A program made the position numbers and the translations under genes. DNA of 64,000 bases from Gammaproteobacteria bacterium. GTDB taxonomy: Bacteria; Pseudomonadota; Gammaproteobacteria; Eutrophobiales; Eutrophobiaceae. A model generated the notes under the pieces. The model saw only the letters and a list, made by a program, of their open reading frames with translations. It was not told the origin of the DNA and searched no databases. Positions 10,199-21,148 of the stretch are shown here, piece by piece (position 1 is the stretch's first letter; each line of letters opens with the position of its first letter). The stretch lies in contig CBDCTH010000012.1 in the NCBI GenBank assembly GCA_965222155.1, positions 1,952,001 through 2,016,000 on the forward strand, in the 5' to 3' direction.

Positions 10199-12526
10199 CT
10201 AAAATGTCGATCCAAAGGTAAATTGAAACGGCTGCGTCTCATCTCCTGCCTTGTCTCCAATGGGTCTGGCTATACTAACACTTACCAGACCAAAAGGTGA
10301 GATCCAGATACCACTTAAACCCGTAGAATACCTGAGTTCACTAAACTCAAACGATTCATCACTGGAGTAAACGTTACCACCATCAAAAAACGCAGCGAAC
10401 CGAACCTGCTTGAAATCCTTGAGAAAAGGTATGGGAAATATCATTTCCGCCCCACCCACCACCTTGATATTGCCACCTAACGGCCGACGCCTGGTCCCTC
10501 CATGGACCGGCGTGTCCTTGGGCCCCAGGGTATTTTCCTCATAACCGCGTACGGAACGGGGCCCACCGGCATAGAAATTTTCAAAAAACGGGAGTTCATC
10601 TGTTCCAAACAGGCCATTGCCATAGCCAAAATCACCCTTGACGGTAAAAATGAAACTGCGCAGGACCGGGTGGTACCACTGGGTGCGGTATCCGACTTTA
10701 AAAAACTCCAGGGAATTACCGAATGAGGGAACCGCTACCTCGGTACTGAACCGGTGCTGTACCCCCCGGGTCGGGAATATCGCGCGGTTGCGCGTGTCGT
10801 AGGAAAAGGCGGCAGAGAGCCTGAGAATATCGAATTTGTTTCCTTCCCGCTCGATAAAATCCGCCACTTGCTGTGCAAAGAAGCGATCTTCGGATAACGT
10901 GGTGTTTTCGTAACCGAATGAGGTACTGATAAAATTATATTCCGTCACCGGGACACCAAAACTGACGCCGACGCCGATGACCCGGCTGTCGAATGCGGTA
11001 ATGTTTGCGTCATATGCCTCGGTTTGCTGGTAATTTACGTTAAATCCCCGGCTTATTCCGTCAACGGTATAGTAAGGATTTACATAACCCAGGGCAAACC
11101 TGCGATTGATATCACTGTTATTAAACGCAAACTGGATACGTTTCCCGGAGCCCAGGAAATTGTCCTGGGTGATGCTGGTCTGGAATATCAATCCCTGATT
11201 CTGGGAAAAGCCCAGGCCAGCCAGAAAGTTACCGAACGGCTTTTCAGTCACGGTATAATTTACATCAACCTGGTCCGCGGAACCGGCTATGGCCGGCGTC
11301 TCGACATTCACTTCTTCAAAGTAGCCCAGTCGTTGCAGCCTGATCTTACCCCGCTCAACCTTAGGGGTTGAAATCCAGCCTCCTTCATGCTGGCGCATTT
11401 CCCGTCTCAAAACATCATCTTTGGTCCTGGTATTACCCGAAAAATTGATCCTTCTCACGTAAACCCGTTTCCCCGGGTCCACAAAAAAAGTCACTTCCAC
11501 CGTGTTCTCTTCTTCATTGATATCCGGGATGGAATTGATATTGGCAAAAGCATATCCGGTGCCGCCCAGGCGTTCAGTCATCCGTTCACTGCTGTCAGTC
11601 ACCTGTTTGCGTGAGAAAAGGCTTCCCTGGGTTACGCTGATCAGGTTGTACAACTGCTGCTCCGGAATAATGAACTCACCTGCCAGCTTCACCCCTGACA
11701 CGGTGTATTGCCCGCCTTCAGTGATATTGATAGTGATGTATATATCTTTCTTGTCAGGAGTAATCGATACCTGGGTGGAGTCAATGCTGAAGTTCACGTA
11801 ACCCCGGTCGAGGTAATACGAGCGCAGGGTTTCCAGGTCACCCGATAATTTTTGGCGCGAATACTGGTTGTCCTTGGTAAAAAAGGAAAACAACGTGGGC
11901 CTGGACAATTCAAAATCGTCCAGTAAATCGTCCTCCTTGAAGGACTGGTTACCAACGATATTAATCTGTTTGATCCGAGCCGCTTTCCCTTCCGAGATAT
12001 CGATAGACACCGCAACCCGGTTATTGGCTAACGGCGTAACATCCGAATTGATCGTCACGGCGTATTTGCCAGCAGAAAAATACTGCCTGCGCAGTTCACG
12101 CTCCAGTCCATCAAGCTGCGACTGGTCGAACACCCGTCCTTCCGCAAAGCCTATCTGGTTCAGGCCATCCAGCAAATCCTCGGTTTTTATGTCCTTGTTG
12201 CCACTGATTTCAATACTGCCTATTGCCGCCCTTTCCTTCAATACAATAACCAGGATGTTGCCATCCCGCTGCAGTTGGACATCATCAAAAAAACCCGTCT
12301 TGAACAGGGCGCTGACGGCTTCTGCGGAAATGCCTGGATTAAACGTGTCACCCACTTCCAGAGGCAGGTAATTGAATACGGTTCCCGGAGTCAGGCGTTG
12401 CAGTCCCTCGACCCGAATATCCTCAATAACAAATTCCTGTGCACATACCCGGGGAAGGAAGCCGGTGAACAACAACGTCACCAGAATTGATGTGCAGAAA
12501 CAGGCTTTTAATCTTGCGGGCAACAT
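10199..12526 (-). CDS. bamA: Outer membrane protein assembly factor BamA
   Basis: POTRA repeats ([22 protein letters not shown]), SVRGY motif, terminal Phe. Confidence 0.98.
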   Translation of the reverse strand: MLPARLKACFCTSILVTLLFTGFLPRVCAQEFVIEDIRVEGLQRLTPGTVFNYLPLEVGDTFNPGISAEAVSALFKTGFFDDVQLQRDGNILVIVLKERAAIGSIEISGNKDIKTEDLLDGLNQIGFAEGRVFDQSQLDGLERELRRQYFSAGKYAVTINSDVTPLANNRVAVSIDISEGKAARIKQINIVGNQSFKEDDLLDDFELSRPTLFSFFTKDNQYSRQKLSGDLETLRSYYLDRGYVNFSIDSTQVSITPDKKDIYITINITEGGQYTVSGVKLAGEFIIPEQQLYNLISVTQGSLFSRKQVTDSSERMTERLGGTGYAFANINSIPDINEEENTVEVTFFVDPGKRVYVRRINFSGNTRTKDDVLRREMRQHEGGWISTPKVERGKIRLQRLGYFEEVNVETPAIAGSADQVDVNYTVTEKPFGNFLAGLGFSQNQGLIFQTSITQDNFLGSGKRIQFAFNNSDINRRFALGYVNPYYTVDGISRGFNVNYQQTEAYDANITAFDSRVIGVGVSFGVPVTEYNFISTSFGYENTTLSEDRFFAQQVADFIEREGNKFDILRLSAAFSYDTRNRAIFPTRGVQHRFSTEVAVPSFGNSLEFFKVGYRTQWYHPVLRSFIFTVKGDFGYGNGLFGTDELPFFENFYAGGPRSVRGYEENTLGPKDTPVHGGTRRRPLGGNIKVVGGAEMIFPIPFLKDFKQVRFAAFFDGGNVYSSDESFEFSELRYSTGLSGIWISPFGLVSVSIARPIGDKAGDETQPFQFTFGSTF

Positions 12527-12601
12527 GACTGCCTATATTAAAACACTCAGCCCGACAAATCCATCATTCACCCTGCATATGCTGTGTTGTCTGCCGGAAG
12601 A

Positions 12602-12725
12602 GGGTTTTGGGCGCTGTTTGTCCGTGACTAGCGCCATGGACGAGCGCGGGACGGGCCAGAGCCTGCCCCTGCATGTCGTAAGCAGGGGGATGGCCCTCGG
12701 AACGGACAGACAGCGCCCAAAACCC
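12602..12725. repeat. Intergenic palindromic element with a nested GAGCCTG-CCCCTGC..GCAGGGG mini-insert
   Basis: GGGTTTTGGGCGCTGTTTGTCCGT / ACGGACAGACAGCGCCCAAAACCC arms. Confidence 0.75.
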
Positions 12726-12744
12726 GGCGGGCAGGTAACACCGC

Positions 12745-14115
12745 TTACCCGGCAAGTCTGATAATGTCATTATAAATGGCCAGGGTCATAAGACCGAACA
12801 GCAGTACAATGCCGATACGCTGACCAAGCAGTTGTACGGATTCGGATACCGGGCTGCCCTTGAAAAATTCTATCAAATAATAGAACAGGTGACCTCCGTC
12901 CAGTAACGGAACAGGCAACAGATTCAACACCCCCAGACTGACACTGACGATGGCCAGAAACCCCAGAAAGGCGACGATACCCAGTTGTGCGGTCTGCCCT
13001 GCGTATTGGGCAATGCTGACCGGACCACTCAGGTTTTTCAGCGAAGCCTCACCGGTTATCATCCTGGCCAGGATCTGCAGGGTGATAACGGTCATATCAA
13101 GCGTTTTGCGAATCCCTTTTACCAGGGCGGTATGCAGCGGATAGGCTTCAACCGCAAACAGGGATTGATCAGCGTTGAAGTCCGGATCCAGCCCTACCCC
13201 AATAAAACCGATTGTCCCTCCCTCCTCAGAGACCTTTTCCTCAGGTGTTAATACTATCTCCATGTCATCACCGCCCCTGGATAGCCTGACGGACAGGGGA
13301 ATACCCGGTGCAGCCCTGATAAGTTCCACCCAGTGTTGCCAATCCCTGACAGCCGCACCGTCAACGGCTACTATTCTGTCACCGGCTACCAGGCCGGCCT
13401 CCCGGGCCGCGCCCTGGTTTGCAACCTCACCGATAATTGCAGGTATTGCCGGGCGTACGGGTTCGACACCCAGCAGACGCAACAAATTCCCTTCGGCCAT
13501 GGCATCAATCGGTATTGACGCGAGGTCGACTTCCAGCCAACGTTCATATCCCCGGGTATCCTTTACGCTGACAGTCGCTACGCTGCCATCGATCACTCCG
13601 GCAACCAGTTTCTCCAGGGCCGTATTCCAGGTCGGTGTTCCCTGCCCGTTAATTTCCGTAATTTTATCACCTGCCCGAAAACCGGCCTGCATAGCGACGG
13701 AACTCTCCTCTACTGAACCGACTATGGGTTTCAATCCGGTTACGCCAAGTCCGTAGATAACCCAATAAGCCAGAACAGCAAAAATAAAATTGAATAACGG
13801 CCCCGCTACGACAATGGTAAAACGCTCACCGAGTGACTTGTTATTAAACGCCCTGGTACGTTCCGGTTCGGACACGGAGCCCTCCCGTTCGTCCAGCATT
13901 TTCACGTACCCCCCCAGAGGAATTGCGCCAATGACAAATTCAGTATTGTCTATGCCGAACACTTTACGCCACAGGGGACGCCCGAAACCAACTGAAAATC
14001 GCAGGATTTTTACATCGCATTTCCTGGCGACCCAGTAATGCCCGAATTCATGAAAGGTGATCAAAATCCCCAGGGCGAAAATAAACGCGAAGACCATCTG
14101 CATCATAGCTATCAT
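12745..14115 (-). CDS. rseP: RIP metalloprotease RseP
   Basis: HEFGH, two PDZ domains, NLLPVPLLDGG. Confidence 0.97.
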   Translation of the reverse strand: MIAMMQMVFAFIFALGILITFHEFGHYWVARKCDVKILRFSVGFGRPLWRKVFGIDNTEFVIGAIPLGGYVKMLDEREGSVSEPERTRAFNNKSLGERFTIVVAGPLFNFIFAVLAYWVIYGLGVTGLKPIVGSVEESSVAMQAGFRAGDKITEINGQGTPTWNTALEKLVAGVIDGSVATVSVKDTRGYERWLEVDLASIPIDAMAEGNLLRLLGVEPVRPAIPAIIGEVANQGAAREAGLVAGDRIVAVDGAAVRDWQHWVELIRAAPGIPLSVRLSRGGDDMEIVLTPEEKVSEEGGTIGFIGVGLDPDFNADQSLFAVEAYPLHTALVKGIRKTLDMTVITLQILARMITGEASLKNLSGPVSIAQYAGQTAQLGIVAFLGFLAIVSVSLGVLNLLPVPLLDGGHLFYYLIEFFKGSPVSESVQLLGQRIGIVLLFGLMTLAIYNDIIRLAG

Positions 14116-14123
14116 CAGTTTAG

Positions 14124-14434
14124 CCCGGATTTCTCACTAGGCCGCTAGATGCCGCCGGAGATTTGTTTGCTGTCAATGAGTTTAAATACATTCTTCACTA
14201 TGTCGCCATTACAGGCTACGCTTGATGCGCCCTCGCTTGTCTTTTTGCCGCCAGCGGGCACGTGTTCATTGCGCCCATCCCTGGGCGCAACCCTGCGGGC
14301 GGCTGTCGCCGTGCAAATTGTCTATCCTGACAATTTGTCCCTCAACCAGAGCTACAGCTATGGTTTCGGTCGCAGGCACCCGCTGGCGGCAAAAATCCGG
14401 CGCGATCATCGCATCACCTGGTGAGAAATCCGGG
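14124..14434. mobile_element. MITE family B (CCCGGATTTCTCAC...GTGAGAAATCCGGG) with a 73-bp insert at 14265-14337
   Basis: Terminal inverted repeats; homologous copies at 18498, 37971, 39441, 45613 and 60333. Confidence 0.88.
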
Positions 14435-15611
14435 CTGCCAGCCTCCGGCATTGATCAGTTGCGTAAGACCGGGCTTTCCTGTCCGCGTCCAGGATCTGTT
14501 CCAGCGTATCGGCAGCCTGGTTCTCAATGCCGTCCAGAGTTTGTTTCACGACCTCCGCTATTTCCGTATACCTGATATGGTTTCCCAGGAATTCCGCAAC
14601 TGCAACTTCATTGGCGGCATTCAATATGGCCGTAGCAGTTCCGCCCTCAGCCAGCGCCTGCCTTGCCAACCCCAGGCATGGGAACCTGTCCGGGTCAGGT
14701 TTTTCAAAGTTCAATTGCGATACGTCGAACAGGCTCAGCTTTTCCACCCCGGAATCGATTCGCCGCGGCCAGGCCAGGCCATGGGCTATGGGTGTGCGCA
14801 TATCAGGATTTCCCAACTGCGCCAGAACCGAACCGTCGGAATACTCGACCAGAGAATGAATAACACTCTGCGGATGGATTACGACTTCAATATTCTCAGC
14901 GGTAGTATCGAACAGCCAGCAGGCTTCAATCACCTCCAGCCCCTTGTTCATCATGGTGGCGGAATCCACCGATATCTTTCTTCCCATATCCCAGTTGGGA
15001 TGTGCACAGGCCTCAGCGGGAGTCACATTTCTCAACTCCTGTAACGCTTTTGTCCGGAACGGTCCACCCGATGCGGTAAGCAGGACCCGCGTTACGCCGG
15101 CCTGCTCCAACCCGGCGTTGAAGTTCTGTGGCATACATTGGAATATGGCATTGTGCTCACTGTCGATGGGCAGTAATTGAGCGCCGTTTTCTCTTATTGC
15201 ATCCATAAACAGTTTTCCCGACATCACCAACGCCTCCTTATTGGCAAGCAATACCCGTTTGCCGTTGCGCGCAGCCGCCAGTGTGGGCAGCAAACCCGCG
15301 GCGCCGACGATTGCCGCCATGACGTAATCCGTCTCGCTGCACCCGGCGATCTCCTGTAATCCCTCCTGCCCTGATAACACCTTGATGTCCGGCGCTTCCT
15401 GTTGCAGTGCATCTTTCAAGTGGCCGGCTGCTTCAATGTCTGCCATGGCTGCATAGCGTGGCCTCCAATCGAGGCATTGCTCAAGCATCCCCCCGACGTT
15501 GGTGTTACCCGTGAGCCCAATCAATTCAAACATATCCCTGTGTCTGGCCATCACATCCAGTGTACTTAACCCGATACTTCCGGTTGACCCCAGGATAGTT
15601 ACGCCGATCAA
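14406..15611 (-). CDS. dxr: 1-deoxy-D-xylulose 5-phosphate reductoisomerase
   Basis: [37 protein letters not shown]. Confidence 0.98.
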   Translation of the reverse strand: MIGVTILGSTGSIGLSTLDVMARHRDMFELIGLTGNTNVGGMLEQCLDWRPRYAAMADIEAAGHLKDALQQEAPDIKVLSGQEGLQEIAGCSETDYVMAAIVGAAGLLPTLAAARNGKRVLLANKEALVMSGKLFMDAIRENGAQLLPIDSEHNAIFQCMPQNFNAGLEQAGVTRVLLTASGGPFRTKALQELRNVTPAEACAHPNWDMGRKISVDSATMMNKGLEVIEACWLFDTTAENIEVVIHPQSVIHSLVEYSDGSVLAQLGNPDMRTPIAHGLAWPRRIDSGVEKLSLFDVSQLNFEKPDPDRFPCLGLARQALAEGGTATAILNAANEVAVAEFLGNHIRYTEIAEVVKQTLDGIENQAADTLEQILDADRKARSYATDQCRRLAARISHQVMR

Positions 15612-16441
15612 TTTACTCCCTCCAATAACAGGACCCCGGTGTAAAATACCGGCGCTGCCGCAGTGAGACTGTCTATCCTGTCCAGAGCACCTCCGTGGCC
15701 GGGTAACAATTCTCCGCTGTCCTTAACTCCTCTACTTCTCTTCAACATACTCTCCATGAGATCGCCGACAACAGATATGGCAATCGTGACCAGGCAAACC
15801 AACAGGAACAGTATGGACTTGTATAGCGTCATTTGCACTAACAGGGAACACAGGACTGCGGCAGACAGGCCAAACCCAAGGGCGCCATATAAACCCTCCC
15901 AGGTTTTACCCGGACTGACATGACCGGCAAGTTTTTTCCTGCCCCATCTTTGACCTACGTAATAAGCTCCTGTGTCCGCCACCCAGATCAATACAAATAA
16001 ACACGTTACCAGCAGCGGGCCACGCAATTCAGGATCAGCGTGCAGTGCGACCACTGATACCCAGGCGGGAACCAACACGATGATACCGATGCCCGTCTGT
16101 AATATCGGTCCGGGATCGAATATTTCGCCGTCTTGCCGGCGCAAGATCAATATCAGCGCCACCAGCCACCAGACAAGTGAAAAGCCCACGATAAACAACG
16201 TCATAACGCTGTTGATATTGCAGTAACAGGCTATCAAAAGCAATGCGGTCAATACCACTACAATTGCTTTCCAGTGTGTTTTCCGTGGTCCTGCCAAATC
16301 TGCCCATTCCCAGATGCCTGCCAGAACAACAACGGCGCATAACCCGGCAAACAGTTTGTGTGTGCCGTAAACTGTTACCCCAAGAACCAGCGGTATCAGC
16401 ACCAGAGCAGTACTTATCCTGGAATTAACCCGCAGTTTCAT
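15608..16441 (-). CDS. cdsA: Phosphatidate cytidylyltransferase
   Basis: [36 protein letters not shown]; start set at ATG 16441. Confidence 0.95.
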   Translation of the reverse strand: MKLRVNSRISTALVLIPLVLGVTVYGTHKLFAGLCAVVVLAGIWEWADLAGPRKTHWKAIVVVLTALLLIACYCNINSVMTLFIVGFSLVWWLVALILILRRQDGEIFDPGPILQTGIGIIVLVPAWVSVVALHADPELRGPLLVTCLFVLIWVADTGAYYVGQRWGRKKLAGHVSPGKTWEGLYGALGFGLSAAVLCSLLVQMTLYKSILFLLVCLVTIAISVVGDLMESMLKRSRGVKDSGELLPGHGGALDRIDSLTAAAPVFYTGVLLLEGVN

Positions 16442-17153
16442 TCTGCTTGAGTTGTTCTGAAGTGCGACCGAAGCGACGCTGTCTGCCGATATAGGATTCC
16501 AATGCCTTGTCAAATTCGACCTCGTCAAAATCCGGCCAGTACACATCGGTAAAATACATTTCCGTATACGCCAGTTGCCACAACAGGAAATTACTGATAC
16601 GCACTTCTCCTCCCGTTCGAATGAACAGATCAGGATAGTCCGGCAGGTCCAGGTGGCGCCTCAAGCTTTCTTCCGAGATATATTCTCCGCCCCTGTTTTG
16701 CGCGGACAACGCGGCGAAGAGTTTTTTGCAGGCGGATACGATTTCCCGACGCCCACCATAATTTATCGCTATGACCAGATTTAACCCGTTATTTGCCGAA
16801 GTTTTACATCTGGCATTTTGAATAGATACCTGTAGCTCGTCGGGAAAAACAGAAATATCGCCGATAAAAGACAGCCTGACATTATTTTTATGCAGTTCGT
16901 CGATCTCGTCATCCAATGCAGTTATGAATAGCTCTATCAATAGCGCCACCTCGGCATCCGGCCGCTGCCAGTTTTCAACGCTGAAAACATATACGGTGAG
17001 CGTCTTTATCTCACGGCAAATACTGTGTTCAACCGTTTCGCGCAACGCATCTATACCGGCTTTGTGACCGGCCGCTCGTGGCAATCCCCTGCTCTTTGCC
17101 CACCTGCCGTTGCCATCCATGACGATGGCGACGTGCCCCGGTATATTTTCCAT
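16425..17153 (-). CDS. uppS: Undecaprenyl diphosphate synthase
   Basis: [35 protein letters not shown]. Confidence 0.97.
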   Translation of the reverse strand: MENIPGHVAIVMDGNGRWAKSRGLPRAAGHKAGIDALRETVEHSICREIKTLTVYVFSVENWQRPDAEVALLIELFITALDDEIDELHKNNVRLSFIGDISVFPDELQVSIQNARCKTSANNGLNLVIAINYGGRREIVSACKKLFAALSAQNRGGEYISEESLRRHLDLPDYPDLFIRTGGEVRISNFLLWQLAYTEMYFTDVYWPDFDEVEFDKALESYIGRQRRFGRTSEQLKQNETAG

Positions 17154-17156
17154 TAG

Positions 17157-17184
17157 CCCGGATATTACACCAGTGGATGCGATC
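17157..17184. repeat. Solo end of MITE family B
   Basis: CCCGGATATTACACCAGTGGATGCGAT nearly identical to 18498-18524. Confidence 0.75.
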
Positions 17185-17742
17185 CTAAATCTCCATCAAC
17201 TCCATCTCTTTTTCCTTGAGGGTATTATCAATGTCCTTGATATGCGCATCAGTGATCTTCTGTATATTGTCTTCCTGCTGGCGGTCTTCATCTTCAGTAA
17301 TGAGCCTTTCCTTCAACATTTGTTTCAGGTGATGGTTCGCATCGCGGCGGATATTACGGATAGCAACCCTGGCTTTCTCCGCTTCCGACCTGACTACCCG
17401 GGTCAATTCCTTTCTGCGCTCCTCTGTCAGTATCGGCAGGGGAACCCGCATCACGCTACCGGCAGTAACCGGGTTCAGTCCCAGATCCGAATTCATTATC
17501 GCCTTCTCAATATCGGCAACCATGTTCCTATCCCACGGCGCCACACCCAACGTGCGAGCATCCAGAACGTTGATATTGGCCGCCTGGTTTAATGGGACCT
17601 GACTTCCATAGTAATTAACGCTGATATGTTCCAACAGACTTGGATGAGCCCGTCCGGTGCGAATTTTTGCAAGCTCACTGGCTAATGCCTTGAGCGTTTT
17701 ATTCATGCGATTATCAGCATCTTTGAGAATTTCTTCAATCAT
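17185..17742 (-). CDS. frr: Ribosome recycling factor
   Basis: [27 protein letters not shown]. Confidence 0.98.
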   Translation of the reverse strand: MIEEILKDADNRMNKTLKALASELAKIRTGRAHPSLLEHISVNYYGSQVPLNQAANINVLDARTLGVAPWDRNMVADIEKAIMNSDLGLNPVTAGSVMRVPLPILTEERRKELTRVVRSEAEKARVAIRNIRRDANHHLKQMLKERLITEDEDRQQEDNIQKITDAHIKDIDNTLKEKEMELMEI

Positions 17743-18479
17743 GACGATTCTCCAATATCGGTCACAAGCGTGCCTTCCTGCATGCCCCTGGCGGTGCGCA
17801 ACAAAGCGCCGGGTTGCATCATATTCAACACTCGTAGCGGCATGTTATTTTCCCGGCACAATACGATGGCAGTCGTATCCATAACTGCCAGTTTACGTTC
17901 AATCACCTCATCATAACTCAAAACGTCAAACCTTTTTGCCGATTTATCGCGTACCGGATCGGCCGAATAAATCCCGTCCACCTTGGTTGCCTTGATTAAC
18001 AGGTCGGCATCGATCTCGACGGCCCTTAGGCTTGCAGCTGAATCCGTGGTAAAAAAAGGGTTTCCCGTACCGGCCGCAAAAATCACCACCCGGCCTTTTT
18101 CAAGGTGACGCACTGCCCGTCGCCTGATGTAATCTTCACAAACTTCGTTGATTTTAATCGCCGACATAACCCTGGCAAAGGAACCTAGTTGCTCCAGGGC
18201 ATCCTGTAAAGCAAGAGAATTCATAATTGTAGCCAGCATACCCATATGGTCGGCTGTTACCCGGTCAATTCCTGCGGCGGCAAGCCCCGATCCCCGGAAA
18301 AAATTTCCCGCACCCAAAACCAGTGCAATCTCGGCGCCGTTCAGACTCAACTCGCGAATCTCATTCGCCAATCGCTTTATCGTTGCCGGATCGAGGCCGT
18401 ACGCGGCTTCGCCCATTAATGCTTCGCCGCTCAGCTTTATTAAAATTCTTCGATAATGCAGTTCCGGGGCTTCAGGCAA
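17739..18479 (-). CDS. pyrH: UMP kinase
   Basis: [31 protein letters not shown]. Confidence 0.98.
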   Translation of the reverse strand: MPEAPELHYRRILIKLSGEALMGEAAYGLDPATIKRLANEIRELSLNGAEIALVLGAGNFFRGSGLAAAGIDRVTADHMGMLATIMNSLALQDALEQLGSFARVMSAIKINEVCEDYIRRRAVRHLEKGRVVIFAAGTGNPFFTTDSAASLRAVEIDADLLIKATKVDGIYSADPVRDKSAKRFDVLSYDEVIERKLAVMDTTAIVLCRENNMPLRVLNMMQPGALLRTARGMQEGTLVTDIGESS

Positions 18480-18497
18480 AACGCACCTATTCTTTAA

Positions 18498-18810
18498 CCC
18501 GGATATTGCGCCAGTGGATGCGATGACAAATCGTCAGGATAGACGATTTGCACGGCCGCAGGCCGCCGTAAGGTTGCGCCCAAGGATGGGTGCAATGAAC
18601 GCGCTGGATTTTTTGCGCTGACGGGCGCCTGCGACCGAAGGCATAGCCGGGTCTCTGGTTGAGGGAGCACGTGCCCGTCAGCGCAGAAAAGACAAGTGAG
18701 GGCGCATCCAGCGCAGTTTGTAACATCATATAAATTAGAATTAGCCATATAACCGTATGATTATATATGAATTTTAGTCTTCTTCCAAGCGGACTGGCGC
18801 AATATCCGGG
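18498..18810. mobile_element. MITE family B (reverse orientation) with the 73-bp insert at 18527-18599
   Basis: CCCGGATATTGCGCCAG / CTGGCGCAATATCCGGG termini; flanks TTAA/TTAG. Confidence 0.88.
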
Positions 18811-19700
18811 TTAGTTAATCCGGCCTGTTGCATGACTTCTGCTGCAAAATTATCCGCGTTCTTCTCTATCCCCTCACCTACCTCATACCTGATAAAACCG
18901 TTCACTACGGTATCATTTGCTTTTAACAAGGCTGCAACGGAGATATCGGGGTCCTTGACAAAGGTCTGCCCCGATAAGGTATTTTCCCGCAGGAACTTCT
19001 TTATCCTGCCGCTCACCATCTTCTCGATAATCTCATCAGGTTTTCCCGATTGTCTTGCCTGGGCAAGCTGGATTTCCCTTTCCTTTTCCAACACCTCTTG
19101 CGGGACATCCTGCTCATCAACGCACAATGGATTGGCAGCTGCGATATGCATGGCAATATCCCTGGCCAACACGGGATTGTCCGTTGACAAATCCACTATA
19201 ACACCGATCCTGATGCCGTGCAGATAGATCCCCAGAGCGCCACCAGCGGATTTATTGATCCGGGCATAGCGGCGAATACTGATGTTCTCTCCCAGCTTTG
19301 TCACCAGTTGTTGCCTGGCTTCTTCCACCGATTGTGGGTCCGTATTGTTTAACGGCATGTTGACCAACATATCCATAGTTCCGTTGCCCCGGTCCAGGAG
19401 TACAGTTGCAAGCTGCCCGGAAAAAGCCTGAAAGTTCTCATCCCTGGCGACGAAGTCTGTTTCACAATTGACTTCCAGAATCACAGCCTGATTGCCTGCC
19501 TGGTCCGGTTTAATCACTATTGCGCCTTCAGCCGCGATACGCCCTGCTTTTTTTGCTGCTTTGGCTACGCCGGATTTTCGCATCGCATCAATCGCAGCTT
19601 CAATGTCGCCGGCAGTTTCCTGCAATGCTTTTTTACAATCCATCATCCCGGCTCCTGTCCTGTCCCTCAATTCTTTTACCATTGATGCAGAAATTTGCAT
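18774..19700 (-). CDS. tsf: Elongation factor Ts
   Basis: VKELRDRTGAGMMDCKKAL, EVNCETDFVA; start MQISAS (ATG 19700). Confidence 0.98.
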   Translation of the reverse strand: MQISASMVKELRDRTGAGMMDCKKALQETAGDIEAAIDAMRKSGVAKAAKKAGRIAAEGAIVIKPDQAGNQAVILEVNCETDFVARDENFQAFSGQLATVLLDRGNGTMDMLVNMPLNNTDPQSVEEARQQLVTKLGENISIRRYARINKSAGGALGIYLHGIRIGVIVDLSTDNPVLARDIAMHIAAANPLCVDEQDVPQEVLEKEREIQLAQARQSGKPDEIIEKMVSGRIKKFLRENTLSGQTFVKDPDISVAALLKANDTVVNGFIRYEVGEGIEKNADNFAAEVMQQAGLTNPDIAPVRLEED

Positions 19701-19710
19701 AAAGCTATCC

Positions 19711-20955
19711 TCAGTCCTGTTTGGCTTCAGTTGCATCTTCAGCGGGCGAGTCGGCCTGCTTGGCTGCAACTGCGTCTTCAGCAGGCGAGTCGGCCTGCTT
19801 GGCTGCAACTGCGTCTTCAGCGGGCGAGTCGGCCTGTTTGGCTACAACTGCGTCTTCAGCGGGCGAGTCGGCCTGTTTGGCTTCAGCCACGTCTTCAGCG
19901 GGCGAGTCGGCCTGTTTGGCTGCAACCTTCTTTTTTGTTGCTGTTTTAGCCGGGGTTTTCTTCACGGCTTTTTTTGTCGTGCTTTTCGTGGCTGAGGATT
20001 TCGCTGCAGCAGTCTTTTTCCTGGTGGTCTCCGCAGCAACCGTCTCTTCCACTGACGGCTCATCTACCCGTTGTTCTGGTTGCGTTTCAGTATTTGATGC
20101 GTCCCGGTTATCACTGCCGGCCTCGACCTTCGGCACCGTGGTTTTACTGATCTTTTTCTTGACAGTCCTCTTTTTGACCTGAACTTTTTCCCGCTTGGCC
20201 TCGACAATCGGCGCGCCCTCGGCGTCAAGCTCCACAAATTCATCCTTATCCCCACTCTCACCCAGGTGCGCAACGGAATCTTTCCCCGTCAAAATGGCAT
20301 CGGCTACAGCCTTTGTGTACAACCTGATAGACCGTATGGCATCATCATTACCTGGTATAACGTAGTCAACGCCAAGGGGACTGTTGTTGCTGTCGACTAT
20401 GCCGACTACAGGTATCTTGAGTTTGACCGCTTCACTGATGGCTATATCCTCGTAGCCTACGTCAATTACAAATAATGCATCAGGCCAGCCGTTCATGTCT
20501 TTGATGCCCGACAGATTCCGGTCCAGTTTTTCCAGCTCCCTTTCATAATGCAGTATTTCTTTTTTACTCATGCGTGCCATGCTGCCGTCAGTTTTCATCT
20601 CCTCCAGTTCCCGCAGGCGGTTAATAGACTGTTTGACCGTTTTATAGTTGGTCAGCAAGCCACCTAACCAGCGCAGGTTTATATAAGGCATACCGCAACG
20701 CAATGCTTCTTCCTTGATAATCTGTTGCGCGGCGCGTTTTGTTCCCACGAACAGGAGTGTCCCTTTATTGGCCGACAACTTACTGACAAAATTCAGGGCT
20801 TCCTGGAACAGAACCTTAGTCTGTTCCAGGTCAATAATATGTATTTTATTACGGTGGCCGAACAGGTAAGCAGCCATTTTGGGATTCCAATAGCGGGTCT
20901 GGTGACCAAAATGGACACCAGCCTCCAGCATTTCACGCATGCTGATTTCAGACAT
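19711..20955 (-). CDS. rpsB: 30S ribosomal protein S2 with long low-complexity/repeat C-terminal extension
   Basis: [38 protein letters not shown]; start MSEIS (ATG 20955). Confidence 0.97.
   Translation of the reverse strand: MSEISMREMLEAGVHFGHQTRYWNPKMAAYLFGHRNKIHIIDLEQTKVLFQEALNFVSKLSANKGTLLFVGTKRAAQQIIKEEALRCGMPYINLRWLGGLLTNYKTVKQSINRLRELEEMKTDGSMARMSKKEILHYERELEKLDRNLSGIKDMNGWPDALFVIDVGYEDIAISEAVKLKIPVVGIVDSNNSPLGVDYVIPGNDDAIRSIRLYTKAVADAILTGKDSVAHLGESGDKDEFVELDAEGAPIVEAKREKVQVKKRTVKKKISKTTVPKVEAGSDNRDASNTETQPEQRVDEPSVEETVAAETTRKKTAAAKSSATKSTTKKAVKKTPAKTATKKKVAAKQADSPAEDVAEAKQADSPAEDAVVAKQADSPAEDAVAAKQADSPAEDAVAAKQADSPAEDATEAKQD
19715..19927. repeat. 39-bp in-frame tandem repeat (~5.5 copies) encoding [13 protein letters not shown]
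   Basis: GTCTTCAGCGGGCGAGTCGGCCTGTTTGGCTGCAACTGC unit repeated. Confidence 0.95.
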
Positions 20956-20970
20956 AATCATGCTCCTGAC

Positions 20971-21066
20971 AGGGTTAAGCTTCCGCACATCCCGCATTTC
21001 ACCCGGCGACTTTAACAAGAGGTGGCCAGGACCCCGATATGCGCTCTACAATGTGCGTGTGTATTT
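20971..21066 (-). ncRNA. rpsB 5' leader (t44 / S2 autoregulatory element)
   Basis: Minus strand ACACACGCACAT...CGGGGT...GGGATGTGCGGAAGCTTAACCC resembles the gammaproteobacterial t44 leader; directly upstream of rpsB. Confidence 0.75.
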
Positions 21067-21097
21067 AATGATATTTGGATATCTTGCCATAACAGCA

Positions 21098-21113
21098 GGC
21101 GCTTTATAACATA
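21098..21113 (-). promoter_or_regulatory. Extended -10 promoter of rpsB-tsf
   Basis: Minus strand TATGTTATAAAGCGCC (TGnTATAAA plus GC-rich discriminator), like the conserved rpsB promoter. Confidence 0.65.
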
Positions 21114-21148
21114 GAAGCCTTGGAGCAACAAATATTTCCATACAATTT

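Noticed and set aside
14265-14337. 73-bp multi-hairpin as a tRNA
   Set aside because: tRNA-sized, but no acceptor stem, D-loop or correctly placed T-loop.
14149-14575. Short ORFs over MITEs (also 18487-18748, 37788-38329, 45708-45941, 60249-60632, 32764-33093, 34464-34703)
   Set aside because: Translations of repeat sequence in inconsistent frames between copies.
19701-19808. Repeat-containing N-terminal extension of EF-Ts in the ORF track
   Set aside because: Alternative frame of the rpsB repeat; EF-Ts homology begins at ATG 19700.
19715-19927. Regular repeats resembling a CRISPR array
   Set aside because: Contiguous 39-bp in-frame coding repeat in rpsB; no unique spacers and no cas genes.
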